DNA of 64,000 nt from Podarcis muralis. Its lineage: Eukaryota. The DNA lies in the NCBI RefSeq assembly GCF_964188315.1, contig NC_135667.1, positions 11,718,001 through 11,782,000 on the forward strand. The letters run 5' to 3'. Position numbers and translations under genes: made by a program. Positions 13,501 to 26,100 of the stretch are shown piece after piece (position 1 is the first letter of the stretch; each line of letters opens with the position of its first letter). A model generated the notes under the pieces. It had not been told where the DNA came from and did not search any database. It was given only the letters and a program-made list of their open reading frames with translations.

Positions 13501-13990
13501 TATAACTCTGAAATGCACTGGAATACCCCACTGTGTTGACAAACAAATGTTTGTTAAATATATGAAGTAATCTGATATGTGGATGGTGAGCATTTCTACA
13601 GAGACGAGCCACCATTGAAAGGACTGCCTTCAACCATATGAATGTATTAGTTCATCAGCTTTGGACGTTCGGAGCTGTTGGCACACCATTTTCAATGGTG
13701 GTCCCTATGCAATTAAATTCTCCTTTAAGGGGTTTGCATTGGTGTTTACTGTTACTTGTTTCAAAAATTCTTTGAAAACCATTGTTACCAAAATGGCTTT
13801 TAACTGAGATCATTTTATTGAGATTGCTGCTAAAATGTTGATTTTAGTATTGCAATATTTGGAACTGATGGCTATCTTTACCTAGGATTGGCACTATTTC
13901 AAAGGTTTGATTTATTTGTACTTGTTGTTCACAGGATGGCACTTTGGTTTGTATTTGATATTTTTTATTCTTTTCACTTATGCATTATGC

Positions 13991-14056
<66 letters not shown>

Positions 14057-16215
14057 TTATTATTTATACCCCGCCCATCTGGCTGGGTTTCCCCAGCTAC
14101 TCTGGGTGGCTTCCAACAAAGTATTAAAACACAGTGGTCTGTTAAACATTAAAAGCTTCCCTAAACAGGGCTGCCTTCAGATGTCTTAGAATTCTAAGTA
14201 GAACAACTACTTAGAAGTCTGGTAGTTGTTCTTCTCTTTAACACCTGGAGGGAGGGTGTTCCACAGGCAGGTGCCACTACCGAGAAAGCCCTCTGCCTGG
14301 TTCCCTGTAACTTGGCTTCTCACAGTGAGGGAACCACCAGAAGGCCCTCGGTGCTGGACCTTATTATCATCGTCAGTATTATTATTAAATTATATACAAC
14401 TGTGAACTAATGAATCTAAGTTTTGGACAGTAAAAGCAATACATTAAATGCATAGTAAGTTAAAACATGAACCACAAATTCCTATTGCTGCAAAATATAT
14501 TGATATAGAACATCATGAACAATGTGTGAAGAGGTGGCAGAAAATACAGGTAAAAAAGGAAATTGTTAGCAGGCACTGGAATGTATGTATACAGCTTTCG
14601 GGCTTCCATTGTGTACATGCGGTTAGAGTTGCATAAAGTGGGGACAATCCAGCTGAAGGCTCTGATCCTTCGTAAGCCAACCTGAATTGTTAAACCAAGT
14701 GAACATACTGTAATTACGGAGCAGGGTTCAGGAGAAGAATAGTAGAATCATAGAATTGCAGCGATGGAAGGGACCCTGAGGATCATCTAGTCCCAAACCC
14801 TGCAACGAATGAATATGCAGCTGTCCCATATGGGGACTGAACCTGCAACCTTGGTATTACCAGGACCATGTTCTAACCAAGAAAGTCTCTCAGTGACTCA
14901 GGTGTACACTCAGGCATATCTGTATACAGATTTGTGTGCTACTGCCATATCCACAACCTTCATTTTGGCACGGCAGTGTACTGGAAGGAAGTGCAGCTGT
15001 TTCAATAGAGGTGTCCTCTGTGGATCATAAGTTGCTCCACAAGCTCCTGAACTGTTGCATCTTGCACCAGCTGGGACTTCTAGACCAATCTTAAGGCCAG
15101 CCTTACATAGAGTGCATTGCAATAGTCAAGCTTTGAGGTTACAAGGACACAAACCACAATGCCCAAGTTATTCTTACCCAGAAAAGGTCTGATCTGGCAC
15201 ATGAGCCAAAGTTAATTAAAGACACACCTAGCCTAAATGGGCCTAAATGACACAGATATACCTGATTCTTCAGAGGGAGAGTGACACCCCCCCCCCCCGA
15301 ACAGACAATTTGCAAATTTCCTAAGCCTGGAAACCACTTACCCACAGGATTCAGTTTCACTTTGCCAGCCTTAATCTAGCCCATTACTGCAGGCACTCCT
15401 GAATCAGATAAGACCAAGAAACTGAGCTATGTCTCTGAAGCGTACTAGATGGAAACTGGGTTCGTGGACCCTAATGACCAACCATAGCAGTTTCATGTGG
15501 ATAGTAAAATAGCGCAGGAGACAAAATGGTGCCCTGTTCTATTTTGTGCAAGAGTGAAGAGGTCAAAAGATGATCTCCAAATGCTATTCTATGCCCTAAT
15601 GGCAATTAGTCTACTGGAAGGAAGTGCTACCAACTCCTAGTTCACAGAGAGGATCTAGGAAGGCACTAAGGTCAATTGTACTGAAGGGCACTGAGAGGTC
15701 CAGGAGAATCAATAGGGTCACACTCCCCCTGTTTTCCTCACTGTAGATGCCATCCATAGGGATAGCTAAGGTTCATTCATTTACAAAAGCAGGCCTGAAC
15801 CTGATGCACATAGAATCATAGAATCATAGAATCTTAGAGTTGGAAGAGACCACAAGGGCCATCGAGTCCAACCCCCTGCCAAGCAGGAAACACCATCAGA
15901 GCACTCCTGACATATGGCTGTCAAGCCTCTGCTTAAAGACCTCCAAAGAAGGAGACTCCACCACACATAATATTGTAAGGTTGCCTCCAGTTACATCCAG
16001 CAGCATAACTCTCCCCAAAAATTCTACTTTACTCCCCACAGAGCTGCAATTCCTAGCATCCTTAAGAAACTATAGTCTCCAGGATCCTATAGAGTGGGTG
16101 TGATTTATATATGTTTAAAATGTATGGTGTACACAGCAACAATGTCATCAACATTACTGTGTGCTGAAGGATCATCTGATGTAAGAGGAATTCTCTGAAC
16201 ATTTTTAATGCTAAA

Positions 16216-16302
<87 letters not shown>

Positions 16303-18945
16303 GGATAGGTACCACCTCTTTCAGTATGCAATGATGAATGCCGACCTGGTAATGGCAAGAAAAAGAAGGAGGGGGAGAAATTTTGTTGCTATGATTGTGC
16401 TCCATGTCCAGATGGGATGTTCTCAGATGAGAAGGGTAGGAGATGTCATGCTAAGATTTACCAAGCTATACCACTGACTGCAGTAAACTCTGATCAGTTC
16501 TTCTGCAAGCTTCTTTTAATTAGCTTTGTACATTTTATGAAATGATAGCAATAATATTTGTTCCTCCTGCTTATATAGATATGAACACTTATTTTCTGTT
16601 AAAATAAAGTAAGGTGAAGCTTGCTAGAATAACAAATGACACAAGTTAACATAACCAAGTTCCCATGTAACTTTGATGCCATAAGACATAGAATGTCCTT
16701 CCATTGTCCTTGCATCACAGATAACTGAGAAAACATGTTAAGGTAGGAATTTGTACTCATGCCCCAAAATGAAGTTGCAACACTCGGGAAACTGTGTGAT
16801 TTTGAATCAGCAATAACTTTGGAAACTTTTCTGGGGAAATCCAATGGCTTAAAATGAAAGTAACAGAAACTGTTTCCAATTGTGTAGGTGACCTGTAAAA
16901 TTGAAGAAGGGGAGTTTTTGCTTCAACCCTCTCTAGGAAATCTCCTTGTTTAGAAAATGTGACACCTACACACACCCCATGCCACATTTGTTCTGCTCAG
17001 GGTAAAACCTTAAGAATACATTTTATGTATCTAACATTTTCTTCAATGCTTAAAGCAGCACCTTAGATTATCCTAGAAACAGATGTCATGGTGGAGAGGA
17101 ATGAAGGCAGGTCTTCCTCTCTGTATTCAGAAAACAGAATATTTAGGGCTCATGAAAGTCTCATTTTCTAAAGTTAGGCAATTTAATTAAGCAAGCATAG
17201 TTCCTAATTACCAAAGAGAAAAATGGTAAGGTTAATCAATGAGAGAAATAAATATCATTTTAAAAGACAATAATGCAATACGATCAAAACTCCTGAATTG
17301 CAGAGCTGAGGCAAAATACACAATTACCTGAGCACAAACTCGGGTTATCTGAATTCGAGAAGACTGAGTTGATAGCCAAAATATAGAAATATTTCCCCAC
17401 TCATCTCTCTTTTGAACAGAAAGGATTTATAGTGGATATATATGATGGGTGGTGAATGCTTTTCTCTCTCCTTTCCTACGGAGAGCAGTTAGGTTTGGAG
17501 GTCTCCTGCCCCCACAACTTTTTCGCCAGCCTTCACTGCCCATCCCACTGCTTTATCACTGACTGCTATGGCCTCCACCACCACTCACTTGCCAGCTTCT
17601 TTTGGCCAACTACCTGCCCTCTCAGCAACTTCAGCCACACACACACACACTGCTCTCTTGCTCACTAACCTGTAAGAGTGTTGTCATGCTGTATTTCTTA
17701 GTGCCATCTGTTAGTGGCCACACAACTGCAGTCACAACTGCAGTGTGACAATAACCATAAAAGTTTAAGTACTGTATATAGGACTACCAGGAAACAAGGA
17801 AGATAAATATCACCTGTCAGGACTTTGTTAGTAATCGCTCTAGTCGTGATGCAATAGCAAAATCTGTATAGAATTTGGTTGGGGAAACGTAGGTAAATTG
17901 AAAATATGACGGATGGCATTTTTTTCAAGCATCTTGGTCAGAAAATGTTTACCTTTCCCCTTGTGAAATATAGTTAGTTTTGGTAGATGCCTGGCGAGGC
18001 AGTTCTTAACACTTTGTGGTTTTTTATTCATTTCTTTTCTTAGACAAAGAAACTTGTCTCAGATGTCCAGAAGATCAATATCCAAACAAAGCCAAGGATC
18101 AATGCATTCTCAAGATTCCAAATTTCCTAGCATATGATGACATTTTGACAATCATTTCAACTTCCTTTGCACTTCTGTTGTCTCTGATGACACTTCTAGT
18201 GCTTAGCATCTTCATCAAGCACCAGGAGACTGCCATAGTCAAAGCCAATAATATAAGCCTCACCTACATTCTCCTCATCTGTCTCCTCTTATCTTTCCTC
18301 TGCTCCTTACTGTTCATTGGAATGCCTAATGAGGCAACATGCCTTCTCCGACAAACTTCTTTTGGCATCATCTTCTCTGTGGCCCTCTCTAGCATCTTGG
18401 CCAAAACCATATCTGTGGTCTTGGCATTCATGGCCACCAAACCAGGATCCAGGATGAGGAAATGGTTGGGACAAAAATTGGCTTATTCCATAGTTCTCTT
18501 CTCCTCCACCATTCAGTTGGGCATCTGCACTCTCTGGCTGACAACCTCTCCACCATCCCCAGATTTGGACATGCACTCAATGGCAGAAGAAATAGTTTTT
18601 TTGTGTAACGAAGGGTCAGCTACTATGTTCTATTGTGTCTTGGGCTATATGGGCTTCCTGGCCATTGTCAGTTTTACCGTGGCCTTCCTAGCCAGAAAGT
18701 TGCCAGACACTTTTAATGAAGCCAAGTTCATCACGTTCAGCATGCTGGTCTTTTGCAGTGTTTGGTTGACTTTTGTTCCAACTTACCTGAGCACAAGAGG
18801 AAAATACATGGTGGCCGTGGAGATCTTCTCTATCTTGGCTTCAAGTGCTGGGTTACTTTGTTGCATCTTTTCCCCCAAATGCTACATCATTCTTCTGAGA
18901 CCTGACCTGAACAACAGAGAGCAATTGATACAAAAAAAGTTATAA
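7331..18945 (+). CDS. Vmn2r: V2R gene B, complete and intact, 883 aa
   Basis: Exons 7331-7542, 9469-9760, 11131-12021, 13186-13413, 16309-16435 and 18044-18945 sum to 2652 bp (884 codons). Encodes signal peptide, VFT, cysteine-rich domain and 7TM ([18 protein letters not shown]). Confidence 0.95.
9469..9760 (+). CDS. Vmn2r: V2R B exon 2
   Basis: ttgtag|T GTG GTG ACC AAG...ATTCCACAG|gt; 292 bp. Confidence 0.94.
11131..12021 (+). CDS. Vmn2r: V2R B exon 3
   Basis: ISYGSF...EPWK|gt; 891 bp. Confidence 0.94.
12841..13102 (-). mobile_element. tRNA-derived SINE (Squam1-like)
   Basis: Near-identical reverse complement of 25951-26200, with a microsatellite tail. Confidence 0.85.
13186..13413 (+). 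CDS. Vmn2r: V2R B exon 4
   Basis: aag|[15 protein letters not shown]...GLNQ|gt; 228 bp. Confidence 0.92.
13993..14362 (-). mobile_element. L2-type LINE 3' end with (AAT)n tail
   Basis: (AAT)n followed by tttataccccgcccatctggct...; shorter copies of the same terminus lie near 10790-10845 and 26420-26455. Confidence 0.7.
14900..15420 (-). mobile_element. Old L2-type ORF2 fragment
   Basis: [20 protein letters not shown] resembles the L2 C-terminal TPxLxxLHWLPV motif. Confidence 0.6.
15809..15967 (-). mobile_element. CR1-type LINE 3' end
   Basis: (ATAGAATC)n tail plus ttggaag...gtccaacccc terminus. Confidence 0.8.
16216..16300. repeat. (TTTC)n microsatellite abutting the exon-5 acceptor of B
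   Basis: Direct reading. Confidence 0.95.
16309..16435 (+). CDS. Vmn2r: V2R B exon 5 (cysteine-rich domain)
   Basis: [14 protein letters not shown]...[12 protein letters not shown]; 127 bp. Confidence 0.93.
18044..18945 (+). CDS. Vmn2r: V2R B exon 6 (7TM)
   Basis: tag|AC AAA GAA ACT TGT...KKL*; 902 bp. Confidence 0.95.
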
Positions 18946-19886
18946 CTGATAGAATAGTTTGTAACTTTCTTTATGTTCTTTTCCTAGATATGCAGATGAA
19001 CTTGTTCTAGATGAATCAAATTGCTTTTTTTAATTTTATTGGATTGTAGAATCATTGCCTATTTGTTTTAGATGCTGTTCTGGCACCTCCACTCTGAAAC
19101 ACTACAGGGATGCCAGTAACCAGTGCAGAAAATGTAGCATTATATGCTCTCAGATTCGAGAAGTTCAAGCTTTGAGAAGTGCAGCAAAGTTAGAGGTTCT
19201 TGCACAAATTCTCATCACAAAGAATTTGTTCACAGGATCTGTGGGGTTATGGAATTCCCATAATGGTGTTGGACTATTAATAAATATTCTAAAAGTATAA
19301 AATTATTATTATTTATCACATTTATATATCACCCTTTATCCAAAGATCACAGGGCAGTTTGCAATATAAAACACAACACTTAAGATAATAACAAACAAAA
19401 TAATAACCCCCATGCCCAGGGGCAACCTTGAAGTTCCCTTCCAACTCTGTGATGTAACAGATTTTCAGCAGGCAATAACATTGCAGAAGTTATTATTTCC
19501 CCTGCAATTATCTAAACCAGTATAATCAATTCAATTGACCAAAGCTCCAGTGGCTTCACAGAAGGGGGAAACATTCAGTTGGAAAGTCTGAAATGTTTAT
19601 AAGTTCCCCAGTATTCCATAGACAGCTAAGATTAGGGAATAGAGAGAGTTAGGGCTGTGTCATTTTGACCAGATTCTCACTTTCAGTGTAGAGCTCAACT
19701 TTCAAATTTATGTAGTTTAATTGGCATTCAAGGTATGCTTTTGTGATATTGTTGAGGTTAAGGTTAAGGTGGATAGGAGTCCCTTTGAGTAGTGTGTTGG
19801 CAGAGTCAGCTGCTAATAAAGTCATCTTGCTCAAATGAGGTCAATAGTTCTAATGATATGGTAAACTGAGAGACGTGGGAGATTTC

Positions 19887-20119
19887 ATGTGTGGACAGAA
19901 GGTTACTATTAGGATGGTGATTTTTCTCCTTCTGCTTCCAAACATGGTGTGCAAAGTGCATAGTATTAGCTGCAGCAGAAAGAAACCTGTACGTGTTCCA
20001 CATGACTGGTATGAGCCAGGTGATCTTCTCATTGGTGGGATGACAACTCTTATGCATTACGTTTTCTCTAAAGTTTTATTCACGGAGCAACCTTCCCCAG
20101 AACTGATTCAGGACCCTTT
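19887..20119 (+). CDS. Vmn2r: V2R C exon 1
   Basis: [19 protein letters not shown]...PGDLLIGG...DP TT|gtaag. Confidence 0.9.
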
Positions 20120-23100
20120 GTAAGGAATTGTTTCCTTCTATAAAACTGTGGTGTGTGCATGTGTTAGTGGTTCTTTATGTTTGTACAGTTGACTGCATGT
20201 TTCTTTGAATTCAGGTTTCCTTGATTTCTTTGAAAAAGGTCCCATTATCTGCCTACTCTCTAAGTGGAGATTCACTGATTTGAATGTAAATAATTATGTC
20301 CAAACTTCTCTATACACTCTGCAGATTCAGCTATCCGAACAGCCATCACTTGCCTCCTTCCTTCCTTCCTTCCTTCCTTCCTTCCTTCCTTCCTTCCTTC
20401 CTTCCTTCCTCACTTGTTTGCTCTTTGCTGGTCGACAGCAGCCATTTTGAGGCAGAAACCATGCAGAGAGGGAGAGAGATCAGCCGAATGAGAGAGCAGG
20501 AGAGATCTGACAAATCATAAATCTGGAGAAATCAGACACATCAGTTATTTCTTTGTCTCTTTTTTGTTGGTTTACTGCCATCATTTCAGGAAGAAGTGTG
20601 TGTATATTTGGGGGGAGGGGGTTCAGACAAATCCCAGATTAGAAATGTTCCCATAGAAATAAAGTTCATGCTTTCATTCATAAATTGATTACTAGCTAGA
20701 AACACCAAATATGTCAAGTTAAATGCACAAGGTGGAGGTCAATGCACATACCATTCAGAACGTATGACCTGTCTGTGTCTGCCTATAGGGAACAGCAGTA
20801 AGGAAGTGTTCCAGGACATGCTTTTCATGTAAAGGGTTGTAGTTTAAATTATTGGCATCCACTGGCAGGGCTGACAAAGACTCCCACTCTGCAACATGAA
20901 AGTAATCAGTGTAGAAAATGCTGAGCTAGAGGGACTTAGTAGAAGGCAGTTCCCTGCATTAAGTTCTATGTCCACTCAAAATTGGGTTTCAATTTTTTTT
21001 AAAGGAAGGTTCTGAATGTACACAAACATGTGTGAAACTGGTGCATTTTTAGTAGCAGTGATTCCAAACTCATTATCACACTTTTGTGGCACAGTTAATG
21101 TTCATTGCTGAAACTGTACAGCGTTAAAGGGGGGGGGGGGGAAATGGACGAAATATTACAAACAAATGCAGTGAAATACAAGGAAATATTCCATCCCATC
21201 TATATAGATAATTCCACAACTGATGTGCTCTGAGATACTAAAACTCTGATCTGGTTGAAGGAAGCTCCAAATACAGAATTATATAATTCTAACAATCATA
21301 GCACAGTTGTTTTCTTGCCAACGGAATTTAGCTAATGACTAACTTTGTTGGCTGTGTCCTCTCTTTAAACTTGGGCAATTTCAGCTCTCATATCTAGATG
21401 AAAACAGTGTTAAAATAACTTTGTTTAATTTTCCAATGAAAGTCCCTTCATTTGCAGCATGACGACAAAGTTCTACCAGCACATCCTAGCCCTGATGTTT
21501 GCTGTGGCAGAGATCAATGAGAATCCCAAGGTATTGCCTAACGTCACTCTGGGGTTCCACATCTATGACAGCTATACTGATTCAAGGATGACCTACCACA
21601 ACACCCAAAACCTGCTGTCTAACTCACATAACTTTGTACCCAACTACAAATGTGGTATCCAGGAAAATGTAATAGGAGTCATTGGGGGACTAAGCTCTGA
21701 GACCTCCTCAGCAATGGCAGACATCTTAGGTCTTTACAGGATTCCACAGGTAGGGTTTGAATGTCAAAACAAAGGGAATTTATCCCTTTCGTTTAGGAAT
21801 TTGGTGACACAAAAAAGTCAAGTCTTTTTTTTCCTTATTATTATCTTGTCACCTAACACAATGAAGTAGGTAGTTGATTGCTAAGTTGGCTCAGTTGGTG
21901 GAGCATGAGGCTGTTAATTTGACTGTCATTGGTTCAAGCCACATGTTGGGCAAAATATTCCTGCATTGCAAGGGTTTTGACTAGATGATTTGCTATTGTG
22001 CATCTTTGTCCGGTTAGATCAGGGCTTGTCAGCCTGGTCCCTACCGCCCACTAGTGGGCGTTTCAGGATTCTAGGTGGGCAGTAGGGGCTTCTACAGCAC
22101 AAGCTGAATCCTCCTTCCATTGAGCACTGGTGGGCAGTAAGGAAATTTTACCATCAAGAAAGATGCATTAGTGGGCGGTAGGTATAAAAAGGTTGACTAC
22201 CCCTGGGTTAGATAATTAATGAGTCAAATTTGATGCCTTTCTGTTTCATGCTCCTGTTCTTACAGGGGGATTTCATTTTGGAAAGATGGTTACCAGATCC
22301 AAATAAGGTCTTCTTGGTGAGTGATGTTAGATTTTTAGGTGGGCAAATTTACATCTGGCTCCAGTCAACCAAACTCATCAGCATCTCTGGGTATGCATGT
22401 GTGGATGGATGGATGGTTGGCTTAGATGAAGGTTATGCCTGGTCAGTTTCCCATTAGTAAGGTAGAGACACTGAGCTCCTCCCCCACACTGAAATGGTGC
22501 ACTTTTATTTGTTTGTTTTAGATATCATATGGTTCATTTCATGAAGAAGTGCATGATCAAATCAAGTTCCCTTCCTTTTATCGTATGGTTCCCAATGAAG
22601 CCCTTCAGTATCAAGGAACTGTTGAGTTACTTCTGTACTTTGGATGGAAATGGGTAGGGCTGATGGCTATAGATGATGAAGGCGGAGGACATTTTTTGCA
22701 GACCATAGAGCCAATGCTTTTGCAGAATAAAATCTGTTTGGCATTCATAAGACGAATTCGTGAAAATTTGTATAACTTCCTGTATGAACGAAAGTTTGGT
22801 GCTGATACAAGGAGTCTTTTGCCAGCTTTTTCACTGAGCAAAGCTAACGCAGTTATTATATATGGAGAAACTTCTTCTATTTTATGGTTGCCATTTTCTA
22901 TAGAATTAACTAGAATAATTCAAGAAATACATCCTGAATATCAGGAGATGGTATCTACAGCAAAAGTGTGGATTACAACAGCCCAAATTGACTTCACATT
23001 ATCTAGCATTCAAAAGATAGCTGGCATTGATTTACAAGAGCTTCATGGTGCTATATCCTTTGCAATTCACTACAGTGACCCAGAAGGTTTCCAAGAGTTT

Positions 23101-26100
23101 CTTCGGAATGTACGTCCTTCTTGGACAAATAAAGATGGTTTCATCAAGGATTTCTGGGAACAAGCATTCAGCTGTAAATTTCCAAACGCTATGGAGCCAA
23201 CAGACATCACAAACCCATGTACAGGAGAGGAGATGCTGGACAGCCTTCCTGCACCTTATTTTGCAATGAGTATGACGGGGCACAGTTATGCTATCTATAA
23301 TGCTGTCTATGCTCTGGCACATGCCTTACACTTCAGGTACTCATCTAGAGGCAACTACAGAATAACTGATGCCAGGGGGTGGCCATGTCCTTGGAATGGG
23401 GAACCATGGAAGGTAATATTCTCTTTCATAAAGTGTGCAGTTTACATGCAGTTACTGTTCCAGTGTCTCCCCTTCTGGGATGCCATTGGGAGCCAATAAC
23501 CACATCTACACGAAAGCAGCAGATAGGATTAGGGCTGCCATACAATTTTGGGGTGCTGTGGTTTTTATTTTTTGAGATATGGCAACCCTAAGATAGATGG
23601 TGGAAGGCTACTCAATGACAGGTAGGGAAAGGTTAAGGTTAAGAGAATGGTAGAAGAAAGGGAAGCTTCCAGGTGAGAGGTACTATATTGTAAGCCACTT
23701 TAACATTTTGCAAAAACCAAGAACAGGATCATATCATTATGCTTGGTGACACTCTCAAACCAGTACGTAATTTACATGATTTCTCTGAATCCCTTTTTTA
23801 TAGTTAGTGTTATGTTGGCCTCTCCCCAGTCCTCAAGCATGGAGCCTGATCTGAAAGAGAAGTTACATATTTTGACTATAAGATTAATGTCATGGACTGG
23901 CTATGTGCAGAGGAGTGGTGGAAGGGGTCAGCTGGGGAATCCCCAAGGGAACAGCCAATGGAAAAAGGCTCAGAGCCAGGGGTGGGTGGTGGGTGGTGGG
24001 ATGGGTGGCCAGAGGGAGAAAAGGGAACCGACTGGGAAAATGAGGTATTGGAAGCTGTAGAGGTAACAGGGTTTAGTGAGCAGGGAGAGGCTGGGGGCAG
24101 GGAACAGTCCATAATCAGAAACAGAAGCAGAGGCTGGAGAGGATGCAAATAATTCACTTTCTCTGCTTTCTTCTTTTAGCACACATTTGTCTCTCTTGTC
24201 ATCCAAGAGTCCAAGCACCTCCTTAGCCAAAGTCTTGCTACTCAACTATTTAAATAATGTTTTACTGTTGCTCTTTATGTTTTTAGGAATGGGCAAAATG
24301 AAATCCTTTTTAGCTTATCTTATTGTCTGCTTGCATTTATTTAGCCCAAGCTTGTGTTCTTTCCCCACTCCTTATTTCAACAAGAATTCAGTTTTCTAGG
24401 GGAAGCCTTCTTGCCTCCAGCGACTGTAATAGTCTTAGCTATCCTCCCTAAATATATTGGGAAGCACCTTCAAATCCTGAATTTCCACTGATTTGATTAT
24501 TTGTCACTCTCTTCCTGTATCTGCTACCAAAAGCTGACTGCACTTCGTTGTGATTTTGCCAGCACAAAATAAATGTAATTATAATATTACAACCCTTTAT
24601 AGATTTTACAACTCATTCTTTCTCTCTCTAGCTCCACTCATACCTTCAGAGGATGTCATTCAACAACAGTGCTGGAGATGAAATTGCATTTAACAAACAT
24701 GGGGAATTAGTAGGTGGATTTGCTATTAGAAACTTGGTGACTTTCCCAAATGAGTCCTACATCAGGGTTAAAGTGGGGGAACTGGATCCTCAGGCACCTC
24801 CTGGGAAACAACTCACCATTGATGAGGACAGAATCAAATGGCATTGGAACTTGTCTCAGGTGGGGAAATAGCCACACTGCCTCTCAAATAGCAACATTCA
24901 TGATCAAGCAATAAAATGGCTGGTCAATAATACTATGAAGAACATCAAATGTGCTTTGCCAAAACCCAGTAAACTTGTAACACTCCCACTATAAATGTAT
25001 AAAGTTTCCCCCTCTTGTTACAGCTTCACCAGCCATGAGATGAGGTTGTAAAAGTGATGTGAGAATGCTTGACTGTAGTACCAGTGAAACACTGCCTTAA
25101 GCACTGCCTCTTGGTCTCTTGCAAAAGTGGCATTTATAGGACGTTTCATCCTGATTCAAACCCAGGCATCTTCATCTATTGTTACACCTAGGTTGTATTC
25201 CCATTCCTGGCACATTCTATCTGCATTTAACATCTTACAGTCAATCAGACAGTAGATAAAATGAAGTGGGACTCTTCACGTGTCAAGCAGACTGGATACA
25301 ATGATGTTTAATATTTTCTATTACATTCATTTTCAACATAACTATACTATACAACTGATAGATGTTCGAAGCTCTTCTTACTGGCTTTAAGGCTTTCTTT
25401 TACAGCATCTTCAAATCTGGAAAAATTAGCTTGAAAAGGTTTTGTCCGTATGTTTAATCAATAAATACCAATATACTTTCTAGGTGAGCTATCTATGAAC
25501 ATTAAAAGGATTTGTTATATTTTTCCTTTAGTTATTCCACACCTGTATTGATTTTGTATCTGTATAAATGAGTCATCATAACTATGGAAACCTTTGGCCC
25601 TTCAGTTGGAAAACTTTGGCTGATAGGAATGCTAATTCAACAAAATATGGAGAGTCATAGGGTCTCCAGCCTAGTTAATGGTATTAGATCAGATGTATAA
25701 ATAGGTCAATTATTTGGTGGACTCATTATAGAAATTCTAATCTTTAGTTGTAAGATGCTTGACATAATCAGTATTTCATCCACTGAATCTTGCACCTGTG
25801 CTCATATGGCTATGTTATTCCATATCATTTACACTCCAGTTTACTGGTGATTCTTACTTATTTAAGATCAGATTCTTACTTATTTACTGGTGATTCTTAC
25901 TTATTTAAGATCAGATTCTTACTTATTTAAGATCTTACTTATTTAAGATCGGAGAGCCAGTGTGGTGTAGTGGTTAAGAGCGGTAGTCACGTAATCTGGG
26001 GAACCGGGTTCGCGTCTCCGCTCCTCCACATGCAGCTGCTAGGTGACCTTGGGCCAGTCACACTTCTCTGGAGTCTCTCAGCCCCACTCACCTCACAGAG

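Noticed and set aside
13907-14189. Poly-N and poly-I ORFs (also the YI, FLS/KKER, FLPS and YYII repeat ORFs elsewhere)
   Set aside because: They are translations of microsatellites.
25845-25950. Repeat-spacer appearance suggesting CRISPR
   Set aside because: No unique spacers, vertebrate DNA and no cas genes.
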